From: Scyliorhinus canicula
Lineage: Eukaryota
Length of the DNA: 64,000 nt
Assembly (NCBI RefSeq): GCF_902713615.1
Contig: NC_052160.1
Span: 137,930,737 to 137,994,736, forward strand
Reading direction: 5' to 3'
The translations under genes and the position numbers were made by a program. The notes below the pieces were generated by a model. That model had not been told where the DNA came from, searched no databases, and saw nothing but the letters and a program-made list of their open reading frames with translations. Positions 49,860 to 64,000 of this stretch are shown here, in pieces (the first letter of the stretch is position 1; each line of letters opens with the position of its first letter).

Positions 49860-50510
49860 ATATGTTTGAGCAGCATAGAAACATAAGAAACAGGAAGAAG
49901 GGTAGGCCAATCCATAAGGGTTGCCCTTCGACAATCAACTCTACTCTCCCACCCTAACCCCATATTCCCTTAGTGTGCAAAAATCTATCCATCTCAGTTC
50001 TGAATATATTTTGTTACCCGAACATCCATTGCCCTCCTGAGCAGAAAATTCTAAAGATTCACAACCTTCATTGAACAGATTTCTCCTCACCCCTGTCCTA
50101 AATGGCAACGCTCTAATGCCAATCCCTAGTTTAATCCTCTCCAGACAGGGGAAAATAGCCTCTCAGCATTTACCCTGTCAAACACTCTTTTAGAGTTTTG
50201 GATGTTCAACAATCTTGCAAACTCGAGGGAATATTGGCTAATTATACTCGATCTCGCCCATAAGAACATTTTCACTTCAGAAATCAATCCAGCAAACCTT
50301 TGTTGCACACTTTTTAAGGCAACTAAATCATTCCTTGGGTAAGGAGACAAAAAGGTACACAGATGGTCTCTCCAAAAGCTCCATATAATGGCTGAAAGAC
50401 TTCCTAATACTTGTACTTCAAACTCCTTGCAATAAAGGCCGACACGCCACATTTGACTTCCAAATTTGTTTGCTGTCCTTGCAGGTTAACTTTGCAATTT
50501 GCATGCATTA
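49860..50510 (-). mobile_element. CR1 LINE 3' fragment, decayed
   Basis: Homologous to 46620-47660; TTTCTTATGTTTCTATG tail. Confidence 0.7.
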
Positions 50511-50938
50511 CCAGGTACTAAAAGTTCTTGAACCAAAGTAAAATGATTGATTGGACAATAGATCAAGCGATTATTCATCAGTTAAGTGCACACAATTGTA
50601 AGCTCGTCGTAATAAATTTAGTCATCTATGAATGAATCGTTCAATATCACAATGGGATTAAGTCAATTTGTTGCACAATTTGGAGATCACTAAAAATATC
50701 CGCAAATCAGTCATTTTGTTATTTTTTAAAACTTATTTTCCTCCAGGTCAAGTTTCTCTCTTTTCCTCCGGAACCCGCTAATAACGAGAGGGATGCAACT
50801 CCACTGGTGACATTTGCCTCAAGCACATATCCCAAGTGACCATTCAACCTGTTACTCGTGAAATCTGAAGAACCACTGCTGGACGTAATTGCGTCCGCAG
50901 CAGGAGGTCATTGGATAGTGATCAAGAAGAAAGGTCGG

Positions 50939-51163
50939 GGGGCAGCACGGTGGCCTAGTGGTTAGCACAACCGCCTCACGGCGCTGAGGTCCCAGGTTCG
51001 ATCCCGGCTCTGGGTCACTGTCCGTGTGGAGTTTGCACATTCTCCCCGTGTCTGCGTGGGTTTCGCCCCCACAACCCAAAAATGTGCAGGGTAGGTGGAT
51101 TGGCCATGCTAAATTGCCCCTTAATTGGAAAAAATAATTGGATAATCTAAATTTATAAAAAAA
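50939..51163 (+). mobile_element. Short-tail SINE, 15-bp TSD
   Basis: AAGAAGAAAGGTCGG at 50924-50938 and 51164-51178. Confidence 0.9.
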
Positions 51164-51441
51164 AAGAAGAAAGGTCGGCGATGATTCTTTTCCTTCCCTG
51201 AGCCAGGTGAGGCAGAGTGACTGAATATCAGCTAACAACATGAAGGGGGGGGGGGGGGGGGAAGAGAACTCATGGCTAGTCAAAATTCACTGAATCGTGA
51301 GGAGAGTGCAACCTGTCCCTTTCGGGTGTGGAGCGGGGGAAAATGACTTTCAGTTTTCACCCCTCTACACGTGTCTATACACTTGCCCTTCGCGACTGCC
51401 TCTCATACCGCGTCCAAAAGATTAATACAGCAGCATTGATT

Positions 51442-51455
51442 GCGCCATCTTCTGG
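51442..51455 (-). promoter_or_regulatory. CTCF-like motif
   Basis: Minus strand CCAGAAGATGGCGC versus consensus CCASYAGRKGGCRS (1 mismatch), in non-repeat intronic DNA. Confidence 0.35.
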
Positions 51456-52103
51456 CTGGTGAGGGAGCCAAAGCTAATTATTCAATCAAAGGTAGAATCT
51501 CACGTTAGATCTACCTTATTTGCCTAGAAATGTATAAACGTGTCTTCTCAAAAGTAGATTGGCGGCCACGTAATTTATGGACGATTTGTTTACTCTGTTG
51601 TTGGTGCATCAAGGTTCTGGGTTTGATCACTGGTTTATGTCAAATTAGCTGCCGTCTCCTCTTTCGAACAATAAAACTGACCTACACTTGCTGGTATAGG
51701 AGGGGAAACAATCAACAAGATTGATATCCAGTGATATCTACTAGAACCAGTAGAATGCTGATTTTAGGCAAGGAAAAGGTCAGGCTTCATTTTTGATGGC
51801 CCAGCTGATCAAACGACCTGTTGACCCTCATATCTTCAGAATTCAAACGGTTGATGTTGCACCCAAAAAAGATGTCAAAAACTGCTAAGGAGCAAAATTT
51901 ATGTTTTTTTTAATATAAACTCCTTCATTACCAAAAAAAAAAACATGGCTTTTGAAACAGTCCTCCTTTTCTTTGTGTGATATCTACAAATGTACATGAC
52001 GTGGGATTCCCCCCCCCCCCCCCCCCCCCCCCCCGGCCCGGCAGCCTGTGCCGTATGTTCTGGCAGTGGAGGCGATCCATCATTGGCTGCCGATGATTTT
52101 CTT

Positions 52104-52333
52104 CTTTTATTTTAATTTAGAATACCCAATTAATTTTTTCCAATTAAGGGGCAATTTAGCGTGGTCAATGCACCTAACCTGCACATCTTTGGGTTGTGGG
52201 GGCGAAACCCACGCAAACACGGGGAAAATGTGCAAACTCCGCACGGACAGTGACCCAGAGCCGGGATCGAACCTGGGACCTCAGCGCCGTGAAGCAGCAG
52301 TGCTAACCTACTGAGCCACCGTGCTGCCCTTGT
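52104..52333 (-). mobile_element. Short-tail SINE, 13-bp TSD
   Basis: CGATGATTTTCTT at 52091-52103 and 52334-52346. Confidence 0.9.
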
Positions 52334-52833
52334 CGATGATTTTCTTGTCCCGCTGATGTCTACGGGGTTTTATGTGCCCCTGCACCCTTGCCGCGAGGAA
52401 TCGTCCATCAGTGGGTACAGCCGTAAAGATTTCAACCTTGTAGTTGCAGTTTAATGACAAATGCAGGTAAAGATGATTGTACCTAAACACAGGATCATTC
52501 TCAGCCCATAGGGTTCTTGGCAATTAAAAGAAACAGCACTTTCAATGTTGAAGCTATCCTGCGTTGTTCAATCCTGAACCAAACCAAGAAACATCAATCG
52601 GACGTAACATTTCTGAGGGAGGTATCGCAAAAAGGTAGTTGACTAAATGGGGCAGAAATTAATCCACAACTAAACAGTTACCATATCAGGTGCAAGGAAA
52701 TAAAATAACTTGTACATTGGATATATTTTGCTCAGTTTCACCTTAAGGGCTCTGCTAACCCCCTAGTTCCCTTAGCCAAGATAGCTGAAGTTTGAGCACG
52801 AAGCTACAATAAGCATTGAAAACAGTCGTCTTA

Positions 52834-52923
<90 letters not shown>

Positions 52924-53380
52924 CTAGAAAAATGTCAAAAGATTTGCATTATTAATGCGTTCCTCCCCCCAACTCGAGGAGCAGCAAATAAGATCTACGG
53001 AATTCTGTTATTGATGCTTGGTTTACTGCAAACTATTTCAAAAGCAAAGTTCAAATCACGAAGGATAGAAATTTGAAATGAATTTTGAAAATACGGGATA
53101 TAAGCTAATGTCAGCCAGTTAAAGAAAGCATGCAGCAGAGAACCAAGCCAGCTGGCCCATACCACCTCTCTTCACTAGCCCTTCTACTCCCTCCACCCTC
53201 ATCTGTTTACCCACCTTCCCCTCAAGAACATCGGAATGAGAAAGGCAGGCTGGCATTTCAGAATTTGGGACAAAGCTTTGCACCACTTCGTCCTTTGCGG
53301 CTGACTGACGGCATTTTTCAGCCATTTCTCTTGAATCGACATTTTTAACAAGGGAGTTCCTAATGCCGCTTTCTTTTCCC

Positions 53381-53545
53381 TGGGGGCCGCTTTAGCTCAG
53401 TTGGTTAGACGGACGGCTGGCTCGTGATGCAGAGCGAGGCCAGCAGCGTGGGTTCAATTCCCTTACCGGCTTGAGGTTATTCGTGAAGGCCCTGCCTCCT
53501 CAACCTTGCCCCTCACCCGAGGTGTGGTGATCCTCAGGTTAAACC
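53381..53545 (+). mobile_element. tRNA-derived SINE of a different family
   Basis: TAGCTCAGTTGG A box and GGTTCAATTCC B box followed by a non-tRNA body. Confidence 0.7.
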
Positions 53546-54144
53546 ACCACCAGTCAGCGCTGCCCCTTTTCCCTAAATTCAGAACCAGTAAAGCTATTTT
53601 GACAGCTCTCCACATCTTCCACAGCTTTACTCACAACTACATTATACCGGATATGGAAAATAAGCACGCATGTGGGACAAGCTGCATTTAATTTTTTTGT
53701 ATTCTTTCTCTAAACACATTCTCTAGATAGGTTACAGTACATTAAAGCAACAACCAATGATGCATTAGCGACAGCTTCCGCACCGCAGGCTGACATAGAA
53801 GGGGGGTGCGGCTGAGCGAATCCTTAGTAGAACTTTCAAGTGCATTCCTCACACCCGAAACATAACCTTGGTTACGTCAGTTTTGCAAGGAACACGAATC
53901 ATTCTGCTATCTTTCTGTGATGGCTGATCTCCTACTTGTAGAAGGAAACCAACTCTCAACACTTGTGCAGTAATAGCTTGTTGAGAAGTCGCAACACTTT
54001 TTCATTGATGTACAACAGCTGCCACAGCACCAACAACACAATCCAAATCAATGCAAATATGCTCTCAGGACAGCTTAAAAATCAAATAGCCAATGATCCA
54101 ATGTTTCCATAGTGACCATGCAAATATTACAAAAATCAAGATCA

Positions 54145-54576
<432 letters not shown>

Positions 54577-54722
54577 CTACGAAGAGCAACAAAACCAGCA
54601 AAGCAGCAGTTCCTGCTTCAGATCCAGTGAGGCACTTGGGATTAAACACAATGCCAACAACCTGTCTGCCAGCATAAACCCAAATTCCCATAAAAAAAAT
54701 AACTGAAACCAGACAGACATAT

Positions 54723-54792
54723 CCACCAGGAGACACTTCCACCAGGAGATACACCCACCAGGAGATACACCCACCAGGAGACACACCCACCA
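54723..54792. repeat. 16-17-bp tandem repeat x4
   Basis: CCACCAGGAGAYACAC. Confidence 0.85.
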
Positions 54793-55879
54793 TCAGAGCA
54801 TCTTCAGGTGAAGAGAAAAGCAAATAACTGAGCAAGGGGGGGGGGGGGGGGGGAGTGAACAATGTCACAGCGCACTTTCAATTCATACCCTGAATTAGAA
54901 AGAGTTTAGGGATTCTTAGTGATTTTTCAATATTTCGTTAAGTTTTAGCAGCTGCTTTTATTGGGACATTAATGTCACCAGCTCCTGACATGTGAATTTC
55001 ACACAGTCAATGGCAATATTAAAGTAAATACGCTGGAATTACCAGGTGACAATGTGTTTCGTTTTTGATACCTGATCATCCTGGCTACCAGTTTAATCAA
55101 ATAAAGCTTCCTTTACTGCCCCGATTCACAATGTGGGACTCCCACATTAGGAGATGTGATGGGGATGGGGGGGGATTGGTGCGGAGCTGCACACTAACCT
55201 ACATCAAGCAGCCAAGTAGGTTCACAAATCAAAACTGAGCTCCCTCATCCAAGGATTTCTAATAAAAATCAAAATTTTACCATTTACTGCTTTTAGTATT
55301 TATTAAAATAATTCTACATGTCTACAGTTGAATATAAACAAATATACAAATTAGGGGCAGGAATAGGCCGATTGGCTTTTGAAGCTGCTCCAGCATTTGA
55401 TAAGATCATGGCCAATCTGATTGTGCTCTCTACTTCCGTGTCTACCCCCTGTACCCTATGACTCCCTTGTTAGTCAACAATTCATCTAACTCAGCCTCGA
55501 AAATATTCAATGATCCAGCTTTCACAAACAAATAACCTCAAAAATAAATTCTACCTGCATCATAAATGGGGTTCTAGCCGCTCGAATAAGGGGAAACATC
55601 TCTTCAGCATTTACCCTGTTAAGTCCCCTCTTATATACTTCAATAAGATCATCTTTCATTCTTCTAAACTCCAATGTATACAGACCCAACTTTTCATCCT
55701 AAGAAAACCTCTTCATCCCAGGAATCAGTAGAGTGAAAATGCCCCACTAATCTTGACAATCTAAAACTGATCCGTTTATGCCTATTTGGTTTCCTGTTAC
55801 TAACCAATGCTCTATCAAAGTTAATATGTTACCCCCCCCTGCACCGTGAGCTCTTATTTTGTGCAGCAGTGTTTTTGTT

Positions 55880-56153
55880 TATGTAGAATCCCCACAGGCG
55901 GCCATTCAGCCCATCGAGCCTACAGCGACCCTCTGAAAGAGCACCACACCCAAGTCCACATCCCCCCAGCCTATCCCGGTAACCCCACCTAACGTGCACA
56001 TCTTTGGACTGTAGGACGAAACCGGAGCACCCGGTGGAAATCCACGCAGACACGGGAAGAAAGTGCAGACTCCGCACTGACAGTCACCGAGGCAGGGATT
56101 GAACCCGGGTCCCTAGCGCTGCGAGGCAGCAGTGCTAACCACTGTGCCACCGT
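55880..56153 (-). mobile_element. HE1/V-SINE-like SINE
   Basis: Head and body match. Confidence 0.8.
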
Positions 56154-56838
56154 CCCTCCGTTAATGTGGCACTTTGTCAAATATCGTTTGGAAATCCAAG
56201 TGTAGGACATCCACACGTTCCCTTTCATCCACTGTGCTTGTTACCTCCTCAAAAGAACTTTGATAAATAAGTCGAAGGCAATATTCCTTTCACAAAACCG
56301 TACTGGCTCTACGTGAATCGCATTAATATTTTCTAAGTGCCCTGCATAACTACTTTGATAGATTCTAGCATTTTCCCTATGACAGATGTTAACTAACTGA
56401 CCTGCAGTGTCCTGACTGTCTGCCTTGCTGCTTAAAAGAATCTGACAAAATTGCAATATTTCATCTGCCCTGTAGATAATAAACCTTCCCTTCAGTAGGT
56501 AAATAAAGCATGGTTTGAGGGACATGTGTAGCGATCCATTGACAGAATCAGCATGGGGTACGGGCAAGAAAATACATGCTTTTTCAGACATAACACAGAG
56601 TCCCCAAAATGAGCCATGACTGCATTGCAAAACCCGAATTGCCAAATTAACAGAGCAAAACCAGTCTCGTCCATTCAGCAAGGCTTTTCTTGTAGCTTTT
56701 GTAATAAATTCTGTTTCGGTTACAAACATGAGAATATGGTCCTGCTGAAATGGAAAGGTTGGCACACACAAATTATTCACGTTAATTATATTTTTTTTAA
56801 CTTTCCAAACAAAGAAAATTTTAAAACTGTATTGCTCA

Positions 56839-56985
<147 letters not shown>

Positions 56986-57438
56986 TTAACGCATAACCAT
57001 TTTGCCTAACCTTTGAAATACGTCACGGATACGGTTACAACCGAAGCTGGCGATATACGGCCGATATATCAGATTTATCCTGACTGTTTCAAAGTTGCTT
57101 TCTGGCTTTGTGTGTGCATGCAAGAGTACGTTCACAGAGTAGCATTCACACACTGATTATAATGTTAAAGTACTGATGGAATTTATCTCTTTGCTAACTG
57201 TGGCGAATTGGTCTTAAATTGCTTTTTTTTAAAAAAAACATATTTCTGTAGTGCTAGATTCCATTTTTTTTTTAATGTTTGCAAGCATGTTTAAACCTGG
57301 CTGCCTAAAATACTGATGTGAAGCATTAGTTATTCAAAAAGAGGGTTGTAAATGCACAATCTCAAACATATTCTCCAACTGCAAGAAGGTGGCTCCTCTT
57401 GACACCTGAAAGTCAATGGATCATTTCACGAAGGTGCT

Positions 57439-57842
57439 ATAATAATAATCTTTATTAGTGTCACAAGTGGGCTTACACTGACACTGTTAATGAAGTTACT
57501 GTGAAAATCCCTCAGTCGCCACATTCCGGCACCTGTTCGGATACACAGAGGGAGAATTCAGAATGTCCAATTCACCCAACAGCACATCTTTCGGGACGAG
57601 TGGGAGGAAACCTCCTCGCAATCCCAACTAACCTTTCTGAACATTCAGGGCAATTTTAGCCTGGCCAATCCACCTAACCTGCACATCCTTGGACTGTGGG
57701 AGGAAACCGGAGCACCCGGAGGAAACCCACACAGACACGGGGAGAACGTGCAGACTCCGCACAGACAGTAACCCAAGCCGGGAATCGAACCCGGGACCCT
57801 GGCGCTGTGAAACAACAGTGCTAACCACTGTGCTACCACACT
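57439..57842 (-). mobile_element. Two abutting SINE pieces (alternative-tail 3' half plus HE1-like copy)
   Basis: 57439-57613 matches the 25229 family; 57622-57842 matches the HE1-like body. Confidence 0.7.
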
Positions 57843-59076
57843 GCTCTTAACTAAGGTAATTGCATGAGTGTCCCCTAAACACAAATCGAAGAAGTATGCT
57901 CAACCTCTGGGTAGTGGCCCAACTGCTGGCATAGATGAACCATTTGTGTTAAATATTTAAGAGGACCTTTCTTGCTTGCTCTGTCTCTCATGGACAAAAA
58001 GAATAAATTTTTCACAGCACCAATAATCCATCTGAACTTTAAAAATTTGAAGTAGCCTCACTTCAAAATTTACTGATTGAAGGCCAGCTGTTTTTTTAAG
58101 AAAATAAGTAAATAAGCATTTTCCTTGCTTTCCATAATTGGGGAGTAACGGAAATTTGATTGTCTTATGAAAACTGCATACTGTTCATTCATGTAATCGT
58201 AAGACCACAAGATATTGGAGCAAAATTAGGCCATCCAACCCATCTAGTCTAGTCCACCATTCACTAATGGCTGATAGGTTTCTCATCCCCATTCTCCTGC
58301 CTTCTCACCGTAACCCCTGATCCACTTATCAAGAACCTATCTATGTCTGGCTTAAAGACACATTCCTCACCCTACCATCACCATCAAGCCAGGGATTCTA
58401 CTATGGTTCAATGAAGAATGCAGGAAAACACGCTAGGAACAGCACTAAGATAACCAAAAGATTAGGTGTCAACCTGGTGAATTTACAGCACAGGACTATT
58501 TAAGTGCCGAACAACATAAGTTGCATGCGGTAGACAGAGCTAAGCGATTCCATAAACAATGGACAGATCTAAGCTCTGCCATCAGAACACATCTAGTTGT
58601 GAATGGAGGTGGACAAATAACCAACTCACTGGAGGACGAGGTTCCAGAAATATCTCTATCCTCAATGCTGGGCGAGCCCAACACATCAGTGCAAAAGATA
58701 CGGTGAAGCATTTGCAACAATCTTCAGGCAGAAGTGCTGAACTGATGATTTATCTCAGCCTCCTGCAGAGGTCCCTGTACCATAGATGTGAGTCTTGGAT
58801 TTGTTTATTGTCTTGTCTTCAGCCACTTTGAACTGAAGGCACTAGATACTGGGATACTGAAAAGGCTATGGGCCCTGACAACAATTTTATAATAGCACTG
58901 AAGACTTGAGCTCCAGCACGTCTCGCTCCCCTAGACAAGCTGTGTCTGTATAGCTACAATACTGACATCTTACCGGCAACGTGGAAAATTGCCCACGTAT
59001 GTCTTGTACACAAAAAGGAAAAATCCAATCTGGCCACTTAGCACCCCATCAGTCTACTCAACCATCAGTAGTGATG

Positions 59077-59270
59077 ATGTGGAGATGCTGGCGTTTGACT
59101 GGGGGGCACAGTTAGGGTGTTGGACTGGGGTGAGCACAGTAAGAAGTCTTACAACACCAGGTTAAAGTCCAACAGGTTTGTTTTGAGTCACTAGCTTTCG
59201 GAGCACAAAGCTAGTGATTCGAAACAAACCTGCTGGACTTTAACCTGGTGTTTTAAGACTTCTTACTGTG
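59077..59270. mobile_element. Penelope-like terminal-repeat remnant forming a 64-bp hairpin, 13-bp TSD
   Basis: ATCAGTAGTGATG at 59064-59076 and 59271-59283; arms 59135-59198 and 59207-59270. The family call comes from recalled similarity and a hammerhead half-core. Confidence 0.65.
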
Positions 59271-60470
59271 ATCAGTAGTGATGGAAGGGGTCATCAACAA
59301 TGCTATCAAGTGGCATTGCAGCTTAACAATAACTTGTTCACTGACACTCAGTTTGGGTTCTGCCAGGGTCACTCAGCTCCTGACCTCATTACAGTCTTCG
59401 ATCAAACATGGACAAAAGAGCTGAACTCCAGAAGTGAGGGGAGAGTGACTGCCCTCGACATCAAGGAAGCGCTTGACCGAGTATGGCGTCAAGAAGCCCT
59501 AGCAAAACTGGAGTCAATGGTAATCAGGGGGAAAACTCTGCACTGGTTGAACTCATACCGAAGACAAAGAAAGGTGGTTGTGGTTGTTGGAGGTCAATTG
59601 TCTCAGTTCCAAGTTACCACTGCAGGAGCTCCTCAGGGTTGTGCCCTAGGTCCAATAACTCCAGCTGTTTTATCAATGGCCTTCCTTCCAGTCTAAAGTT
59701 AGGAAATGTGGTTGTTCGCTGATGATTGCACAATGTTCAGCATCATTTGTGACTCTTGTGTACAGAAGCGTCAATGTTTAAATGCAGCAAGACTGAACAA
59801 TATCCAGGCTTGGGCTGATAGGTGGCAAGTTACATTCACACCACACTATCAATGAATATCTTCAACAAGAGAGAATCTAACCATTGTCCCTTGACATTCA
59901 ATGGCATTACCATCACTGAATTCCCCACTATCAACATCCTGGTGGTTACAATTGACCAGAAACTGAACTAGACTAACCATATAAATACTGTGGCTACCAG
60001 GACAGGTCAGAGGCTGGGAATCCTGTGGAGAGTAACTCACTTCCTGACTCCCCAAAGCCTGTCTGCCAAGTCAGGCACATGATGGAATATTCTCCACTTG
60101 CCTGGATGAGTGCAATTCGAACAACATGAGAAACCCAAAACCATTCAGGATGAAGCAAACAGCTTGATTGATGCTCCATCCACAAATATTCAAACCCTCC
60201 ACCGCCGACAAAGATTAGCAGCAGTGCACTGCATCTACAAGGTGCACTGCATCTACAAGGTGCACTGCATCCACAAGGTGTACTGCAGGAACTCATTAAG
60301 GCTCCTTAGGCAGCACCTTCCAAACCCACAACCACTACCATCTAGGACAAGGGCAGCAGAAACCTGGGAACCCCACCACCTGGAAGTTCCCCTCCATGTC
60401 ACTCGCCATACTGACTTGGAAATATATCACCGTCCCTTCACTGTCATTGGGCCAACATCCTGGAAGTTTG

Positions 60471-60813
60471 GCAGCACGGTAGCATGGTGGTTAGCATAAA
60501 TGCTTCACAGCTCCAGGGTCCCAGGTTCGATTCCCGGCTGGGTCACTGTCTGTGCGGAGTCTGCACGTCCTCCCAGTGTGCGTGGGTTTCCTCCGGGTGC
60601 TCCGGTTTCCTCCCACAGTCCAAAGATGTGCGGGTTAGGTGGATTGGCCATGATAAATTGCCCTTAGTGTCCTAAAAAATAAGGTTAATGGGGGGTGGCG
60701 GTTGTTGGGTTACTAGTATAGGGTGGATACGTTGGCTTGAGTAGGGTGATCATTGCTCGGCACAACATCGAGGGCCGAAGGGCCTGTTCTGTGCTGTACT
60801 GTTCTATGTTCTA
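60471..60813 (+). mobile_element. HE1/V-SINE-like SINE (long tail)
   Basis: Same subfamily head as 6933; tail TGTACTGTTCTATGTTCTA; no TSD. Confidence 0.85.
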
Positions 60814-61164
60814 GTGGGTGTACCTACACCACATGGACTGCAGCAGTTCAAGAAGGCAACTCACCACATTCTCGGGGGATATTAGGGATGGGCAATAAAA
60901 GGGCCCAGCCAGCAATGCCCACAACCCATGAATTAATAAAATAAACTATCTCACCTATTTATCCACTTTTTGGCACTCTCTGGAAAATCTTCAGCGACGA
61001 CTGAGCGGGAAGTGGGGATCGTAGCTACTTTGTTCTTCCATTAACTACGGGTGGAACCACTATTTCCTACCACTCAACTGCCCCACTTTCCCTCTTACTG
61101 AAGATCTCAGATTACCAGTGGTCAAGGTGTTTCTTTTTAGCTGAAACCTTTTAGAATGTTCTCA

Positions 61165-61311
<147 letters not shown>

Positions 61312-63142
61312 CTAACTTTTGCACAGTCAACAAAAGTCGGTAAATCAGCCAGAAAATATTTAGGCTAGAAGGAAAGGTCAAGGAAATTAGGTACAGATTA
61401 GGTAAAAGGCAAGGAGACTGCAAGGTCAATTTGTGTTAAGTTTTCAGTTCGATCGAGTTTCTGTTTGCGTTACGATTATACGTCCAACATCAATCGGACT
61501 GTAACTTGGAAAATTTTCATTATTTATTTTGTGACCTAGAATCATCAGTCCACACAGGCCCATTAATTTTTTTAAGTTTGCCGAATCTGCTTGACATGGC
61601 TTAGACTTTGTTCAAACACCACTGGAGTCAGTGCAGCGGACACAATTATCTCAGTCAAGGTTATACAACAGAGCTGAAAAGGAAAGATAAATTTTCCACA
61701 CCTTACATTTTCATGGTGAACATTAACAGGGTTCCGGAGCCTATAAAATAATTCTATGATAAGATATCCTAAAAGAACATAATTTAATCTCAACTGCCGC
61801 AAGGTCACTCTTCTTTATACGACTTCCCTTTATCACACTCCCCACTCTAGATTTTAAAAGTCTTGATGGCTATAGGTACAATCTGTAATAAGTTACTATG
61901 CAGTGCTGTGAACATTTTGTTATGCAACAAATGCAATGCATTGGCACTCTATCTCCTCCTGGGGGCACTATTGACTAACAGCTACTTAAAATACTACCCT
62001 GTGCATTGGAGTAACCATTTGTAATGGCCTTACATTTTTATTAAATGAAATCGTATGGAAAACCTATTAATTTTAATAATTACAGTTCACTAAAGCAAAG
62101 AAACTTGCAATTAAAAGAAATGGATATCGCAGGTTGAAATGTCACGACATATCTTTCCACAGCGCTGTTTAAATTTCCCTGAATCAATAATTACTACATT
62201 GTGAAATCTTTTTCGAAAACGCTTATTATATTTTTTCAGGCTACCTAATCTCCTTGATCCAATTAAGAAAAGCTTAGTCATGTCTGAAGCACAATATGCT
62301 GAGGTTCTAAAGAATATGGATATTGTTTTTACCCCCACCATTACATATTATTATCTTGGACCAGGAACGCAAACGGTTTAAAGATTTGTAACTGGCCGTT
62401 TCCACATTTCCTGGCAGCTAGAGCTAGAGAAAGACAAAGTGCAGTCAGAGGACAGAATGAGAACAAAAGGGTATTTTGGAGATAATAGCAGGATTTGGTA
62501 CGCATTAAGGCTGAAAGTCATATGATTACACCAGTCTTACAATTTGCAAGAAAGTACATGAAACTTCAGGTGGAGCTGAAAAGCATTGTGCCTCTACTAT
62601 AGTTCTGGTTTAGATACATTGTCCTATAAACACTGGGGCCTGAATTTGAAAACTAGCCCCCAACTTGCATCGTGAAGATTCTAAATCACACAAAGAAGAA
62701 CCGTTTTCTCCCCTCCATTTAATTGCAGATACAGCAGGCACGTGACACCATTTGGTGCAAACTAGTCTGAGAAGCCACAAGCAGAAAACATCATTCTGCC
62801 ACATTCTCTGCCCAAGATTGGAGTTAATGGAAACACTGACAAAAGTTGAGAAACTCTTTGTTTCCCAGCAGTGACATTATTCACTTTTCTCCCCCTTAAA
62901 GAAAAGCATGCACCAGGAATTGGCCATTAACAAACCTCTGCAATGTGGGCACTAAACAGGAATAAAAGTAGTAATTATAAACTGTACAAAACATTGGCTT
63001 GGCCACAGTTGAGAATAGCGTGTGTAGTTCTGGGTGGCTTTTGATATAAAAGGATCTTTAATGCCATTGTATCATGGATCAGATCGGAAGTTACTGTTGC
63101 AGAGAGACACTGGATCTATTTGCACTGGAGCTCAGCAGGATA

Positions 63143-63519
63143 CTTATAGAATTTACAGTGCAGAAGGAGGCCATTTGGCCCATCGAGTCTGCACCGGCTC
63201 TTGGAAAGAGCACGCTACCCAAGGTCAACACCTCCACCCTATACCCATAACCCAGTAACCCCACCCAACACTAAGGGCAATTTTGGACAGTAAGGGCAAT
63301 TTAGCATGGCCAATCCAACTAACCTGCACATCTTTGGGCTGTGGGAGGAAACCGGAGCACCCGGAAGAAACCCACGCACACACGGGGAGGATGTGCAGAC
63401 TCCGCACACACGGGGAGGATGTGCAGACTCCACACAGACAGTGACCCAAGCCGGAATCGAACCTGGGACCCTGGCGCTGTGAAGCAATTGTGCTATTCAC
63501 AATGCTACCGTGCTGCCCT
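63143..63519 (-). mobile_element. HE1/V-SINE-like SINE with an internal 28-bp duplication
   Basis: CACACGGGGAGGATGTGCAGACTCC occurs twice. Confidence 0.85.
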
Positions 63520-63714
63520 TGACTTGACTGGGGCATTTAAAATTATACAGCCCGACAGAGTGAATAGGGAAAGATATTTCCTCTAACTGGGGAGTTAACG
63601 CATCAACTTACAGCTGTTCATGATAGAGTGAAGAGAAGCTAGGAGAAATTCACGGAGCTTTGGGAATGCTTTGGGAGGAAGGATAATCAGAGCCTTCAGT
63701 CCTCAACCTGGCTA

Positions 63715-63864
<150 letters not shown>

Positions 63865-64000
63865 TTATAGGGAAATGTTCAAATATTTAAAACTGAGCTG
63901 CTACAAGCTTAAAATAATTCACAAGTGGACGCAGAGTTCAACTGAGAGAGCTCCAATTACTTCAAGTAGATTTTCCATAATTAGCAGATGATTTGCAAAA

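Larger units (their letters stand above)
58380..60945 (+). mobile_element. CR1-clade LINE (family B), decayed, hosting a Penelope remnant and a SINE
   Basis: QFGFCQGHSAPDLIT..ALDIKEALDRVW..GAPQGCALGP; an 18-bp unit is repeated about 3x at ~60222-60285. Confidence 0.8.

Noticed and set aside
53381-53470. tRNA-like sequences here and at all SINE heads
   Set aside because: They have A/B boxes only, no complete cloverleaf, and continue into SINE bodies.

Overview
Eukaryotic vertebrate DNA. The HE1/V-SINE-type repeats and the repeat mix point to a shark or other elasmobranch (inference). There are no prokaryotic features. Two host genes face each other tail-to-tail. (1) A plus-strand single Ig-V-domain receptor of the CD300/CMRF35/pIgR-like type with three cytoplasmic Tyr motifs, built from six phase-consistent exons at 14758-28378; no leader exon was found. 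(2) The 3' ten coding exons of AHCYL1/IRBIT on the minus strand (63827 to 43463; the 5' part lies beyond the window). The first ~14 kb is a four-layer nest. An L1-like remnant hosts a Gypsy LTR element, which hosts a near full-length Rex1/Babar LINE, which in turn hosts a gag-less Gypsy, a SINE and a 14-bp-periodic cassette. The rest holds L1, CR1, Vingi and Penelope fragments, solo LTRs, a MITE and about 19 SINEs. The most unusual observations are: the Rex1 5' UTR (YY1 start, textbook intron signals, 18x28-bp GC-box/G4 array); a solo LTR carrying an inverted copy of its own middle; a Penelope-derived 64-bp hairpin centred on a broken hammerhead ribozyme; and one SINE body with three different tails, where only the short tail comes with L1-type target-site duplications. 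All repeat-family names rest on motif recognition, not database searches.
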